Shown piece by piece: positions 30,855 through 46,641 of a stretch of DNA of 64,000 bases; the stretch's first letter is position 1; every line of letters begins with the position of its first letter. The notes beneath the pieces were generated by a model. It was given only the letters and a program-made list of their open reading frames with translations, did no database searches and was not told the DNA's origin. The stretch lies in the NCBI RefSeq assembly GCF_009914755.1, contig NC_060943.1. The stretch is one strand, 5' to 3'. This DNA is from the human T2T-CHM13v2.0 reference genome, Homo sapiens. The position numbers were made by a program, and so were the translations under genes.

Positions 30855-31040
30855 CTGGCGTTGCTGCCTCAAATATAGGATGAACTTGAACTTCAGATAA
30901 GCAATGAACAATTTTTTATAAGTATAAAGTATGTCCAAATATTTCATGGGGCACACATATAACAAAAAGTATTGGTTGTTTATCTAAAATTCCATTTTAA
31001 TCTGGCTTTTTTTTTTCCTTTTGCTAAATCTTGCCAGATT
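30855..31040. mobile_element. MER53 palindromic MITE
   Basis: TTGAACTTCAGATAAGCAATGAAC...TTGTTTATCTAAAATTC...TTTGCTAAATCT matches the MER53 layout. Confidence 0.7.
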
Positions 31041-32119
31041 TAGATCAGGCAAAATTTCCAAAGCTTCTTTCAGTTTTTCCATTCTCTGTTGTGTGTCCCC
31101 ACCCCAAGGGGAGAGCCACTGGGGCCTCAGAAGAGGCAGGGGACACAAGAAGATAAGAAGAGTTCTAGGATCAGGGCAGCAAATTACGGCTGAGGCTACA
31201 CGCATAGGGAAGGGGTTGTTGAAACAGGCAAAACCAAGTGTGCCAAGATTTGCTTTAAAAAGAAAAAAAAAAAAACCACAATGGCTCACACAATGGCTCA
31301 TCAGCAGTGCGGCTGACCCAGTGAGTCCAGACACCACAACCTACGGCAAAATCTGAACTGTGGAACTGTCACGGAGCAACTGGGAAAACATGAATTCATA
31401 GTTAAACCGATAAAATTCTGTGTAATCTGTCTTTGTAACCCCAGAAACTGAAACTTATGCTTAAAAAAAGACTAATATTCTTTTTTTTTTTTTTTGTCTA
31501 AACCACTAATTATTTTACCTGGAGGAAATTCCTCTATTATTTTCACTGCTGGAAAATCACAGGGTGGTTAGTACTGCTAGTACCTGTCACAGACAGACGT
31601 AAACAATGCGATCCAATAAAACCTTATATAGCACATTGCACACAATAGTGGCTTGCCAGACTCACCCAGTAAAACAAAACATCAAAGCAGAAAAAATTAA
31701 CCAAAAATAGCTTGCACGGGGAAACGTGGTAAGCGAGTTTGAAGACTGAATTCCTAATATCCCTGGACAACAGACTTCACTGATACGAGATAGTGGAAGG
31801 AAAGGGTCCCGGGGAGGGGCTGACAATGAGCTGTCAAGATCTGACCGCAACTCGCTTCTCCTCTGCACCTGGGTTCATAGCATAGTCAGGCCACTAATAG
31901 TCCTGCATGTCGGTTAGCACTTACAGTTTGCAAATTGTTTTTACATGCACTGGCTCATTGGGTCTTCCCCCAATGCTGTACAATCAGATAAAATCCTGCC
32001 ATTCTCCAGGAACTGACTCAACCAAAAATGCTCACCACAAAAATGCTCAGCCTAGTTGGGGAGGTACCCATTTATCAAATTGCCGTACTAATGAAAATCC
32101 AATTATAGACAGAGATAAA

Positions 32120-32450
32120 TTAAAGGACTTGGATCTGACTTTGCGCAGGGTGATAGGGGAGGCTCCCTGGAAAAGGTGATGTTAGACCTGAGCTCAAAGG
32201 CAAATAGGATGGGGGAAGCAGCAACTTCCAGTGAAAGGGCAGAGTCCTGAGCAGGGAAAGCCTGAAGGTATGCAGAGAGAGTGAAATAGGCAACTGTGGG
32301 GGTGGAGGTGGGCAGAGGAAGAGAGGAGAAGAGAGGGGCAAGGCAGAGAAGGAGGATGAGCAGGTGCCAGACCATCCAGGGCCCCAGAGGCCATTCCCAG
32401 GGTTTGGGAAGCCACGGAAGGGTGTTTAGCAAGGAGGTGAGAGTTTCGGA
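32120..32450 (+). mobile_element. L2 fragment
   Basis: GGGAGGCTCCCTGGAAAAGGTGATGTT...CAGACCATCCAGGGCC. Confidence 0.55.
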
Positions 32451-32546
32451 TCTCCTTTGCAGTGTGCCTTCTCCACTTCACAGCTATGATCCAGGGTCCG
32501 GAGCCCTGCCTTCCTTCTAGGAATTTATAAGTTTCCTAAATTATCA

Positions 32547-32862
<316 letters not shown>

Positions 32863-33360
32863 GAGAGTTTGATAACAAAGAGTGAGTCAGATGTCACTTA
32901 ACAGAGCCTCATTTGGAATTTGGAAGTGCACCCCTCCTATGAGTGGCCAACGGGCAAAGCTAACTGCAGTGGAAGAAAAGTCCTTAGTGGATGCCAACTT
33001 CTTGAATCTAGTGGGAAGACAATCAATGTTTCTCCTCAGGATGGCACAGCTTTGACCTTTGCTCAGGTGGACACTAGAGGGCCTCTTGGTCATTAGTTAT
33101 GGGTGAGAATCATGCCGGAGGAGGTTAGGCTGCCTCTGCCCTTCATTCTTGGTTTCCTGGAGGTCTGGTGTCATTGTTGCAAGCCCCATCCACCTTTCTT
33201 TCTCTTGTTACACTCATTCATCTCTGTACATCTCCTCTATCTTAAGAATTCTTTCAAGTTTGGAAAGTGAGAAACTTTTCTTTATTTATAAGCATTCTTC
33301 CAAATGCCTAAGTTCATCTTTCTGAGGCCTAATTTTGGATTATCCATAGCTAGAACTAAC

Positions 33361-33839
33361 TTTCTTTCTTTCTTTTTTCTTTTTCTTTCTTTCTTTCTCT
33401 TCCCTCCTTCCCTCTTTCCTTTCTTTTTCTTTCTTCCTTCCTTCCTTCTTTCCTTCCTTCCTTCATTCCTTCCTTCGTTTGTTTGTTTCTTTCTTTCTCT
33501 CTCTCTCTTTCTCTTTCTTTCTTCTTCTTCTTCTTTTTTTTTTTTTTTTTTTGAGACAGGATCCAGCTCTGTTGCCCAGGCTGGAGTGCAGCAGTGTGAT
33601 AATAGCTCACTCACTGAAGCCTCAAACTCCTGGACTCAAGCGATCCTTCTCCCTCGGCCTCCCAAAGTGCTGGGACTACAGGCATGCATCACTATGCCCA
33701 GCTAATTTTAAATTTTTTTTTGTAGAGACAAGGTCACATTCTGTTGCCCATGCTGGTCTTGAACTCTGAGCTCATACAATCCTCCCACCTCAGTCTTCCA
33801 AAGTGCTGTTATTACAGGTGTGAGTCACCACATCCAGCC
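33361..33839 (-). mobile_element. AluJ with ~190-bp expanded (TTTC/TTCC) tail
   Basis: Antisense Alu body at 33553-33839; polypyrimidine tract at 33361-33552. Confidence 0.88.
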
Positions 33840-33989
33840 AAATGTTTTCTTTTTTCTTTGTACTCTGCTAGTATCATTCTTTTTCTGAGGCATCGAATAT
33901 AAAATGCCCACTTGACTAAATGGGCAAAGGGCAGGGCTTAGCAGGAAATAACTTTATTCCAACACAAAGAGGTTTTCCATTTGCAAAGA

Positions 33990-35900
<1,911 letters not shown>

Positions 35901-36488
35901 CATTTCAGAATAAGTCTATAAGCAAGAAAGCAAATTAATTTGGTAAGTGCAGCAGAAGAGCCTCGCAGGTTTGAGAGATCTTCTAGGGTTGGTGACTATG
36001 GATTTAGGATAGAAATGGAGGAGCTTGTGGTCCAGGAGTGGGATGTTGAATTGGCCTCTGTCTGTTTGCCCAAAGCATTTGTACATTCCTGACCCATGTA
36101 AACTTTATCAGTCTAAATAAGATGATACTCTTGGAAATGGTTACATGTAGTTCACCCTATTTCCCCAACTAGTATGCACACTCTTTGAAAACCTAACTTC
36201 TCTGCCACTTGTCCCACCCATCTTCAACTATCTTCCTACAGTTTCAGGCAAAGACTACATCGTAGCATTTTTGTAAATAAGGTAAAGTTTGTGAAAGCAT
36301 TACAAAAACTTGGCAGTGGGCAAGATAAAACTGAGTACTTAAATTATTACTGCATCAATCCGGAAGCCTAATATGGATGATATTAACAACTTACTTTTTG
36401 AGAGTTTTAATTATTTTTCAGATTGCAAATTCCATTCTCACACAGTATTTTATTTGTTCCGAAAATCACTAATGAGGTGGGTATTTTT

Positions 36489-36721
<233 letters not shown>

Positions 36722-37959
36722 TGAGGTGGATATTTTTGACCCCATTTTCAGTCCAGGAGCCTGGGTGGCTAGTTGAAGGTCAGAGAATAAAGATGTGTCA
36801 AAACTGAAGGTGCAATCCAGGTCTTGGGACATCAAGGAGGAAGCTGGTTTCATCAGTGCCCAGAGATGCCAAAACGTGAGAATATTCAATACGGATTAAT
36901 GATCCTCAAAGCTGACAATGGAAGATGAATCTATAGACTCTTTTTCTTTGTGGATACCAAGCATAGTTTTCAAATATCCAGGCCAACTGTCACTACACTA
37001 CACTACACCTGGCCACACCTCCAAGACTGAGAGATGCAAAGACCGTAGAAAAGAGTCATCAGCAGTTTCCTCACCTCCTGCAAGAACTGCTGTGGATTGT
37101 ATTTGTGGAAAGTTGTTTCTTCATCTAATGCTTTGGGACAACGGTGATAGAATAATAGCCCTGCCTGGGGGAAAGGACATTTTCCTGGATGTGTAGATGC
37201 CGGACCCCCAGGGTCGATGCCTGGCCACTGTCTATGAATCTAAAGCTAATCTCAGAGAGCTTGAGGCTGGTCAGAGAAACCCAGTAAAGGCATCATTTTT
37301 CCATGAGCTTTACGCTAAATGAATTGTCCACATAAGACTCCCCTTACATCTCCCATGTGCATTAATTTTTTGCCAATATTAACAAAGAAATGTCCAAACA
37401 AAATGCCAACGACTTGACAGGTCTATTTTTCAGAGATAAATTGGAAGAAGGTATCCACTTAGAAATTGGGACATTGATATTGAAAGGGGAATGTGGATCT
37501 TGTTTATCTTCAAAAGAATTCTTTAAAAAAAAAACATTGCAAATCCAGTAATCCACATCACACTTTAGAAGATGTCCTTGAGTCTCAGAGGGAAATTAGT
37601 TGTATGCATTCTAAGCTAGGATATGGCTGGGTTTATTCCATTTCTTAAATGTCTAAAAAATATCAGGAGGATCTATTAAGCTAAAGGACCCATGTTAATG
37701 CAACATTAGGGAACTTGATTACAGCCCAACACTCAGGAAAATCATTTTCAGCTTCGCACATGCTACATTGCACATGTAATATTTTCTGTTTGATGTTATT
37801 TGTCATTTATTAAATGTATATATTAATATGAAGTGTTCCATTTCCTGGCTATGGGGTGTTTAAAAAGTTCAATCTCACTTCACACTCACACCGAAGAAAT
37901 CTCATTTCCCTACCCCTTTCCTGAGCCAAGATTCCTCTGCCTTGCTCAGGAAATAGAAT

Positions 37960-38265
37960 GCTCATTCTGTTTATTGAGTGCTTAGTGTGCTCTGGGCATT
38001 AGGCTATGAAATACGTCAGGAAGACCATAAGCATAACTGAATAGTACACAGCCTCTGCCCTTCCGAGGCTTACATTCAGTGGGGAGAAGGAGACACATAG
38101 ACACATAAATACAGCAGCTGTCGTATTTAACTGATTAAATACAACATGCCAAATACAATAATGTAGGCATACCAAATGCATCAAGGAATACCAAGAAAAA
38201 ATGTATTCACTCTGGTGGGGGGTTGGAGAAGACTTAGGCACTAGACAGCATCTAAGCTGGGCATA
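37960..38265 (+). mobile_element. L2 fragment
   Basis: TTTATTGAGTGCTTAGTGTGCTCTGGGCATT...GGCTTACATTCAGTGGGGAG. Confidence 0.6.
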
Positions 38266-38697
38266 TGGAGTAGTCATTCTGGTTTTGCTAGAAAGAGAAA
38301 AATATAAAAAACTATTGTGAACATTTTTTTTTAAGTGACAGATTGTCAAAGTGAGTTTCTTATGGATTTGAGGTCTCTTGAGGAGTCAACTAGATACACA
38401 TCAAAACACCAAGGTGTCTGGGGGACTAACTACACTGTATGAAAAATAGGCAATGGCTATAAAGTAAAATCTGCTCCACAACTCCTGATACTGTCTTTGG
38501 AGAATGACTAAAAGGTCTAAAGAGAAGAGAGTGAAAAGATTCATAACAAGGTTTCGTTCTGAAATAGTTATTAACCTAGAGTGAACCCCCTTACACCCAT
38601 CCCCCTGAGTCACCTTCACCCAAGAGTACACAGTGAAGTCAGGACCTCAGGGCACTTTCACCAAGGATATGGAAAGGCTACCCAATGAATAAAGTTT

Positions 38698-39006
<309 letters not shown>

Positions 39007-39099
39007 CCTCAATGAATAAAGTTTAAGGAGATGGTAGTTAACAAAAAATAAAGTTTCCTTTTGATTAGGTCACAACTCATGCTTACTTAACATACCAAT

Positions 39100-41270
39100 G
39101 ACATCAAACCATGTAAAACTTGTATTGACATTTAAAAACATGGCATAATATACCATGCTAAGGTTTAACTATTTTCCTGTAGTGTTCATTATTCATCTAT
39201 CCAGGCTTTTCTTTCTACTTATAAACAATGTTTCCATAAACATATTTGGTTACATCTCCTTGTGATGATTTCTACTGCTTTGCTATGATAAATCCTGGAA
39301 ATGTAATCGCAGGGAAAAGTTTTCTTTTCCAAATTGGCTGACTCCTTTGAAATATTTAAATAGTCTTTTTTTTTCTATTAGATGGCTTGAATTTTCTCAT
39401 TGATTTATAAGCATTTTCATGTATTTTTGACAGTTGTTCTCGTCACATTTGAGGCAAATATTTTCTCCTAGTGTCACCTTTAGATTAAGATGTTTCCTAC
39501 CTACATACTGTGTTTTTTAAAACTTTGGCAACTTCAAATTTATCCATCTTTTGTTTTCTACTTTTAAAAATAATTATTAAAATAAGACTCTATAATTCTT
39601 TTGATATGCTTAAAGTTTTATTTTGTGTGTTTGTGTGTGTGTGTTTAGGCACTTCATATGTCTTAAATTCATTATGTAAATTTTGTAAATTAGATATCTA
39701 ACATATCAGACTCCCCATTTTTAAACACCCCTTTCAATCTCCACAGTGATGGTTAATATTGAGTGTCAAGTTGATTGGATTGAAGGATGCAAAGTATCGT
39801 TCCTGTGTGTGTCCTTGAGGGTGTTGCCAAAGGAAATTAACATTTGAGTCAGTGGACTGGGAGAAGTACATCCACCCTCAATCTGGGTGCACACCATCTA
39901 ATCTGCTGCCAGTGCCGCTAGGGTAAAAGCAGCTGGAGGGACGTGGAAGGACTTGACTGGCTGAGTCTTCTGGCCTCCATCTTTCTCCGTGCTGGATGCT
40001 TCCTGCCCTCGAACATCGGACTCCAAGTTCTTCAACTTTTGGACTCTTGGATTCACACCAGAGGTTTGCCAGGGGATCTCGGGCCTTCAGCCATAGACTG
40101 ATGGCTGCACTGTCGGCTTCCCTACTTTTGAGGTTTTGGGACTCGGACTGGCTTCCTTGCTGCTCAGCTTGCAGACAGCCTATTGTGGGACTTCACTCTG
40201 TGATTGTGTGAGTCAATTTCCTAATAAACTCCCCTTTATATATTCATCTATCCTATTAATCCTGTCCCTCTGGAGAACCCTGACTAATGCATCCACTAAT
40301 TTCAAATATCAGTGTATCTCATGATAACTTCAATATACAGGAGTGTCTATTTCTGAAATTTTGAGTCTATTTCATCTATTTGTATATTCTTAAGTAACAC
40401 CACACTTCTTTAATGTTTAAAGTTTCATAAATATGATATCAGATGGTGAAAGTCCATCCCTTTGATCACTTTTTTCAAACTTTCATGTCTGTTAATGAGC
40501 AGTTATCTTCCACTTACATTTCAGAATTTATTTGTTGATTTGCATAATAATATCATTGTCATTTTGTTTGGGGTTACATTAAATTTTCAGATAATTTTGG
40601 AGAGAGGCAACATTTTAAAAATAGAAACTCCCATCCAAAAATAGTAAGTAACCCTCCATTTATATTCAAGTCAATTTATTAAAATGTTAGATGTTTCTAT
40701 AAAGGTTTATTATATTATCATTAAATTTGTTTACTCCCAGCTACAATATTTTATAGATTTTTTTTATTGCTGTTTGGAACAAAATGTGTTGTACTTGGTT
40801 ACTGCTGGTACACAGGGAAGTTTTTTACTTTTTCATATTGATCTTATATCCAGCCACTCACTTGAAATCTTATATCAATATTACTGGATTGTTAATTATC
40901 TCAATTGTTAATAGATTGAATTATTTAACATAGTTAATTATATTATCTTCAAGTAGAGACAGTTTTGTCTGTTTCCAACTTTGTTTCCTCCCTTTTCTCC
41001 CTTGCTAATTGGCTAATACATCTAGTAAAATGTTGAATGGTAGCAAGCATTTTTATATTTCCTAACTTTAATGACATCACTTAGGTTTTACCAATATTTT
41101 GTATATTTGCTGTACTTTTTATCATATTTTTTCTATCCTAAGTTTATTATTTTATCACAATATGGTGGTAGTTTTTTTTTAATGCTTTCAGACACCTATT
41201 ATGATGATAAATTAATGGTTTTACTACTTTGCTTTGCTAATATATATAGTAAATTACATTAATATATCTT
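39100..41270 (-). mobile_element. Ancient L1ME relic hosting the MLT2A LTR
   Basis: T-rich degenerate antisense ORF2 (CCCATCCAAAA..., TTGATCTTATATCCAGC). Confidence 0.55.
39745..40291 (+). mobile_element. MLT2A (probably MLT2A2) HERV-L solo LTR, full length
   Basis: GTGATGGTTAATATTGAGTGTCAA...GAGAACCCTGACTAATGCA; perfect TSD TCCAC (39740-39744 / 40292-40296); 547 bp. Confidence 0.9.
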
Positions 41271-42255
41271 GTAATGTAGAAATAGCCAAATTTATACCTC
41301 CAGCCCTAAATTTTCCCTTGGACTCTAAACATTGTATAACTAACTGCTTCTATACAACTCAGATGAACAATACACTTCTTATACATAATATAGCCCAAAA
41401 GCAAACATTTGATTTTTTACCCAAACCCCTTTCTCCCTTAGTGATTCCAATCTTAGTCAATGGCAACATGACCTACTCCGCTGCTCAGGGAAAATCACTG
41501 GAAGCATCCTTGGCCCTCATTCTCTGTAATCGGTCATATTGAATCCATTAGTAAGCCTTGTTGTCACCACATTCAAAATTTATCTGGAATTGCAGCCTTT
41601 CATCTTCCATCCCTCTAGCCCAAATCACCAGCGATTCTTACCTGGTTGGCTTCAGTAATGTCCAGCTGGTCTCTATGTTTCCATATTTGTTCTGTTTATT
41701 CCATTCTCAAACCAGCAGCCACAGGGATCCTCCTCCTGTCAGCTGCTGAAACATTCACTCTCTTCCCACCACATTTAAAATAAAATCTAAAATTGCTTCC
41801 AGGGCCAAGAAGGCACAACACCATCTAGGAGCTGACACTTCCTGACATTATCTCTTATCACTTTTTTCCTAGCTCACTGACTTCAACTACGTTACTCACA
41901 TTATGATTCCTTGGTGACACCAAGCACATTCTCATTGTAGGGCCTTTGCAGTTGCCGTTACTCTGCATGGAAGACTCCTTCCACAGATACTCAACACAAC
42001 TCTTCTCTTTACTTCACTTCTCTGCTGAAAAATCATTCTATCAGAAATATCATTCTATCAGTCTTCCTTGACCCTGCAGTCCCAGCTGGCCCATAGTCCT
42101 CATTTTCTATTTCTTTGTTCTGCTTTTGTTTTCATCCCTGACTTTATTTTATGTATTTTAATCTTGTTCATTGCTTGTGGCTCCCATTATATTAAAAATT
42201 CCATAAGGGAATTATGTGTTTAATTTACTCACTACTCTATTCTCACCGACTAGAA
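41270..42255 (-). mobile_element. L2 fragment
   Basis: AAATTTATACCTCCAGCCC...GGGCCTTTGCAGTTGCCGTT. Confidence 0.6.
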
Positions 42256-42259
42256 AAAT

Positions 42260-42330
42260 TAAAATGTATCCAGACTTTGTGAAATGCCCAGTGGGCAGGA
42301 AGCAAACCACCCCCATTTAAGAAGCATTGC
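42260..42330. mobile_element. MER20 terminal fragment
   Basis: AAATGTATCCAGAC...AAATGCCC...CCCCCATTTAAGAAGCATTG. Confidence 0.45.
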
Positions 42331-42334
42331 ATTG

Positions 42335-44510
42335 AATGCTTATTTTAAAAATAAAAGAACAAATGAGTCAAATCAGCAATCTTATCTTCTGATGGAAAAG
42401 AACTAGAAAAGAAGAGTAAGTTAAACCCAAAGCAAGAAGGAAGAACATAATAAAAATCAGAGTAGAGTGACGAATAAGGAAACACAGAGAGAGAGAGAAG
42501 ATAGAAAAAAAACAATAAAACCAAAAGCTAGTTCTTTAAAAAATAAAACAACAAAATGTATAAACCTCTAGCTAAAGTGACCAAGAAAAAGAAGATATAA
42601 ATGACCAAAACTGGGAGTAAAAGCAAGAACATCGCTAGAGACTCAAAAATAAAGCTGAGTGGCTATGTTATTATTATTAGACAAAACAGACTTCAGAACA
42701 AGAAACATTACCAGAGATAAAGAGGGACAAGACAGTTCATAAATATGTATGTACACAATAACAGACTTTCAAAATACATAAAGTGACACTGACAAAGCTG
42801 AAAGAGAAAAAGACAGATCCAAAATTATAGTGGAAGATTTTAACACTCCTACATAGTACTTGATAGATCAAGTAGGCAGAAAATCAGTAAGAACATAGAA
42901 GAAATGAACAACACTATCAACTAACTTGACTTAGTTGACGTTTATAGACCGATCAACCCAAACAGCAGAAAGCACATACTTTTCATATACTCAGAGAATA
43001 ATAACTAAGATACATCATATTTTGAGCCATAAAAGGATTGCTAATAAATTTGAGAGAATTGGCGTCAAACAGAGTCAGTTCTTTAACTTCAACAAGATTA
43101 GATATAAAAAGCAGAAAAAATATCTGGAAAATCAGCAAGTATTTGGAAAGCTGAATAATGCTCTTCTAAATAACTTATGGGTCAAAGCAGAAGTCACAGG
43201 GAAAAATTAGAAAGTATTTTTAACAGAATGAAAACAAAATTACAATATAGTTGGCCCTCCATATCTGTGGGTTCTGCATTCATGAATTTAACCGAACTTG
43301 GATTGAAAATATTAACAAATAAAAATTGGGTTTGTACTGAATATTTACAGACTTTTTTTCTTGTTGTTATTCCCAAACAGTAGAGAAAACAACCATTTAC
43401 ATAGCATTTACATTGTATCAGGTATTATAAGTAATCTAGAGATTATTTAAAGTATACTGGAGGATGTGCATATGTTATATTCAAATACTATGCAATCTTA
43501 CTTTAGGGATTTGAGCATCCCTAAGTTTTGGTATCCACAGGAGGTCCTGGAACCAAATCCCATGGGCACTGAAGAAGAACTGTATGTCGAAATGTGTGGG
43601 ATATGGCTAAAACTAGGGATATGGCTAAAACTCTGCATAGAGAAAAAATGTACAGGTTTAAATGCTTGTATTAGAAAATAATAAAGTTCCGAAATAAATT
43701 ATCTAAGGTCTCACCTTCAAAATTTAGAAAAAGCATAAGTTCTAGAGATCCACTGTACAACATCTTGTCTACAGTTAATGACACCATATTGTACATTTAA
43801 AATTCGGCTGGAAAGATTGATCCTATGTTACCTGTTCTTACTACAATAAAAAAGAAAGGTAAATTAAAATCCAAGTAAGTAGAAATGAAAATTAATAAAG
43901 ACAAGACCAGTCAAAACTCAATAATAAACACACAAACAATAAAGAAAAAAAAAATAAAACTAAAGCTTTTTTTTTTGGAAAAAAAAACAGTAAATTGTAT
44001 AAGGCTCTAGCTTTACTCATTAATAAAACAAAAGACAGAGATCAACAATAATGTAAATGAAAGAGGGGAAACCACACCATACCCTACGAATTTATGAAAG
44101 AGAAATTACTAAAACTGACTAAGGTAGAAATGGAAAATCTGAATAGTCCTATGTATCAACTAAATATACTGAATTCATTAATTAAAAACCTCCCACAAAG
44201 GAAACTCCAGGCCCAGAGGGCTTCGCTGGTAAATGCTATCAAACATTTAAGAAGGAGAATACCAGCTCTACACAAAATGTTGCAGAAATTAGAAAAGGAA
44301 GAAGCACTAATCAATTTATTTTATAAGGCCAACATTGTGCTTACACCAAAACCAAAAATATATATATTACAGGGATTTAAAAATTTTTTTAAAGCTAGAC
44401 ATTAACTTTCTCATGATCACAGATTTAAAAATCCATAGCAAAATATTAGTGAATTGAATTCAGTAATATGTTAAAATTAGAATGCATCATGACCAATTGG
44501 GGTTTATCCT
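42335..44510 (+). mobile_element. Composite L1M ORF2 relic
   Basis: ORFs 42935-43210 (TKIHHILSHK) and 44094-44405 (MENLNSP...NLFYKANIVLTPKP) are L1 ORF2-like. Confidence 0.8.
43248..43582. mobile_element. MER2 (Tigger-family MITE)
   Basis: AGTTGGCCCTCCATATCTGTGGGTTC...TATTATAAGTAATCTAGAG...GGTCCTGGAACCAAATCCC; TA flanks. Confidence 0.82.
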
Positions 44511-46596
44511 GCTGGGAGGATAATTTGCAGGCAGGCCCTACTTCCCCCGTGATGGGTGGACTGCTTTGTTGCACAACCTCCCTGTCTCTCTGGACCCCAG
44601 GCCTGCACCGGCCAGGCTGCCCTCCAGCCCTCCCATCGAGTGAGATCTGCTGCAGCTCCTCCCCACCTTAAGCATGTCCAAATCCTGACAACCAGATTTT
44701 CACTCTGTCTTTTACACAACAGTGAAGTTTGATCAATGCTTCTTAATCTGTGGATAAACAGTCCTTAAAAGTTCAAGAGCAATCTTGTTCAAAAAGCAGC
44801 AGCTCACATTCCATGATGAATTTAATCAAGGTGTCCTTGTTCCCATCCTGTACCAACCCGCCTAACTCATATCCATTTTTAACTTTATTTCTCTTTTTAA
44901 CAACATACTCAATGCAGGGAAGTCAGAAAATTTGGACATCAAACATCAAAATCAGAAGAATCACTCAAGATCCCACCAATCAGAGGTGACCATTGATCCT
45001 ATTTTCTTATGCAAATTTGTAAGTTATTTTCTGACTTTGTTATTCTGTTTGGAAAGGATTTTTCTGACCCTCAGAAGGTAAACTAATTTGTGTCTCTTAT
45101 CCTTTAAGCAATTTCCTGAGAATAATTTCACCATTTAATAAAGCACACTGCATGTGTAATATAATAAATACTTTTATAGATTTTGGTATATTTATGATCC
45201 TATTATTCTCTTTCATTGATCTATTTTTTGTCATTCATTTTTAAACAATATGATTTCATAATATGTTCTAATACATTATGTGCCCGATTTCCATAAATAT
45301 TTTTTCCAATTTTTTCTCATTTTCAACTTTCATTCATTTCACGTTTATTTTTCTAGATAAAAGGTGTAAAACATTTTTACATTTGCCAAAAATTTATTTA
45401 GAAGATTGATTCAAATTTCATTATATTTATAGATTGACTTAAGGAAGAAACAGATTTCCAATTCTGTATTCCCGTTTATTAAAATTCTGTTTTTATTTTC
45501 TCAGTAATATTTTTCTTCATTTCCTCATAGATACTCCATATTTAAAAAATACTATTCAACATTTCTATTTAATAATTGTGTTTGTTTTGAAATATAGTAT
45601 AAGGCAACTAAACATGCTCAAGAAGACCCTTTGCTGGCCACAGTGCTCAGTCATCTCCAGGCAGTGCAGGAAAACTCTTCTCTATGGAATTCCAGCACTC
45701 AGGAACCTTTTCCCACCTCCTGGGATTCCACAGTCTCTCTTGTATGTTGTACCATCTTTTTGCTCTTTAGTACTGCAAAGTTGACCTCTATTTCATAAAC
45801 TTCTGAGCAGGTATAGCAAGAGCTAGAAGGAGACATCTGTCCTTATCAAATGATGATGTAAAAAACTGCAGCTACTGGGGGGTAATTTTTGTGTTCCTGA
45901 CACAGCAGCATATTTTGCATGAGTTTTCTTTGCATTAGTCCTGAGTGCAATAAACTATGATCACTGTCTTTTGTAGAGAAAAGAACTGAGGTTTATGGGG
46001 TTGACGCCACTGGTATAAGGCAGTCTAAGCAAAGAGCCCATACGCACAAAACTACACATTTTTGCCCCCTTCAGAGTAAATAATTTCAAGACTAATGTGG
46101 ATTTTTCCTGCACCATCCCCTTCCAGCAGGGTTGGGAGACAAATCTACCATAATGGATGTCCTCGTCCAATACTTCTTCAATACTTTTCCTTTCTGTACC
46201 TCTAAAGGCTCTGATTTCTCTGTAAACATGTAGATGAGAAGCCTATGTAACTAAAGACTAAGATGACACAGATGGTAACATCTCCCTGGAGTCACAGAGG
46301 TCTCTAACCACCTTCTTTATTACTAATTCTTAGATGACTTTCTAACGTATTTTTTCTTAGGTTGCACCTACATTGATTGTAGGTTGCAATGTAGGTTGCA
46401 ATGTAGGTTGCACCTACATTGATGCAGGACTCTCTGCATATAACCATTCTGCTATACTGCCTTTTGATGATGAGGTTTTTTTTCTCTCCCAGTGTTCATG
46501 CCTTTATTTCTTTTTCTTGCCTGATAGCATTGGCTGTATCTCCCAAATAATATCAAATAATAATGCTGATAGCTGTCATTCTTTATTACTCTTAGC

Positions 46597-46641
46597 GCTC
46601 TCTCTCTCTCTATATATATACACACACACATATATATATAT
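46597..46641. repeat. (CT)(TA)(CA)(TA) compound microsatellite in an old L1ME (about 46430-47200)
   Basis: Seen directly in the sequence. Confidence 0.8.

Noticed and set aside
33282-33769. K/E/R-rich and F/L/S-rich ORFs (also 15615-15921, 29930-30288, 53722-53910)
   Set aside because: These are translations of microsatellites and Alu tails.
45850-45944. C/D box snoRNA (ATGATGA...CTGA...CTGA)
   Set aside because: No terminal stem and no recognisable rRNA/snRNA guide. An Rfam or snoscan search would settle it.
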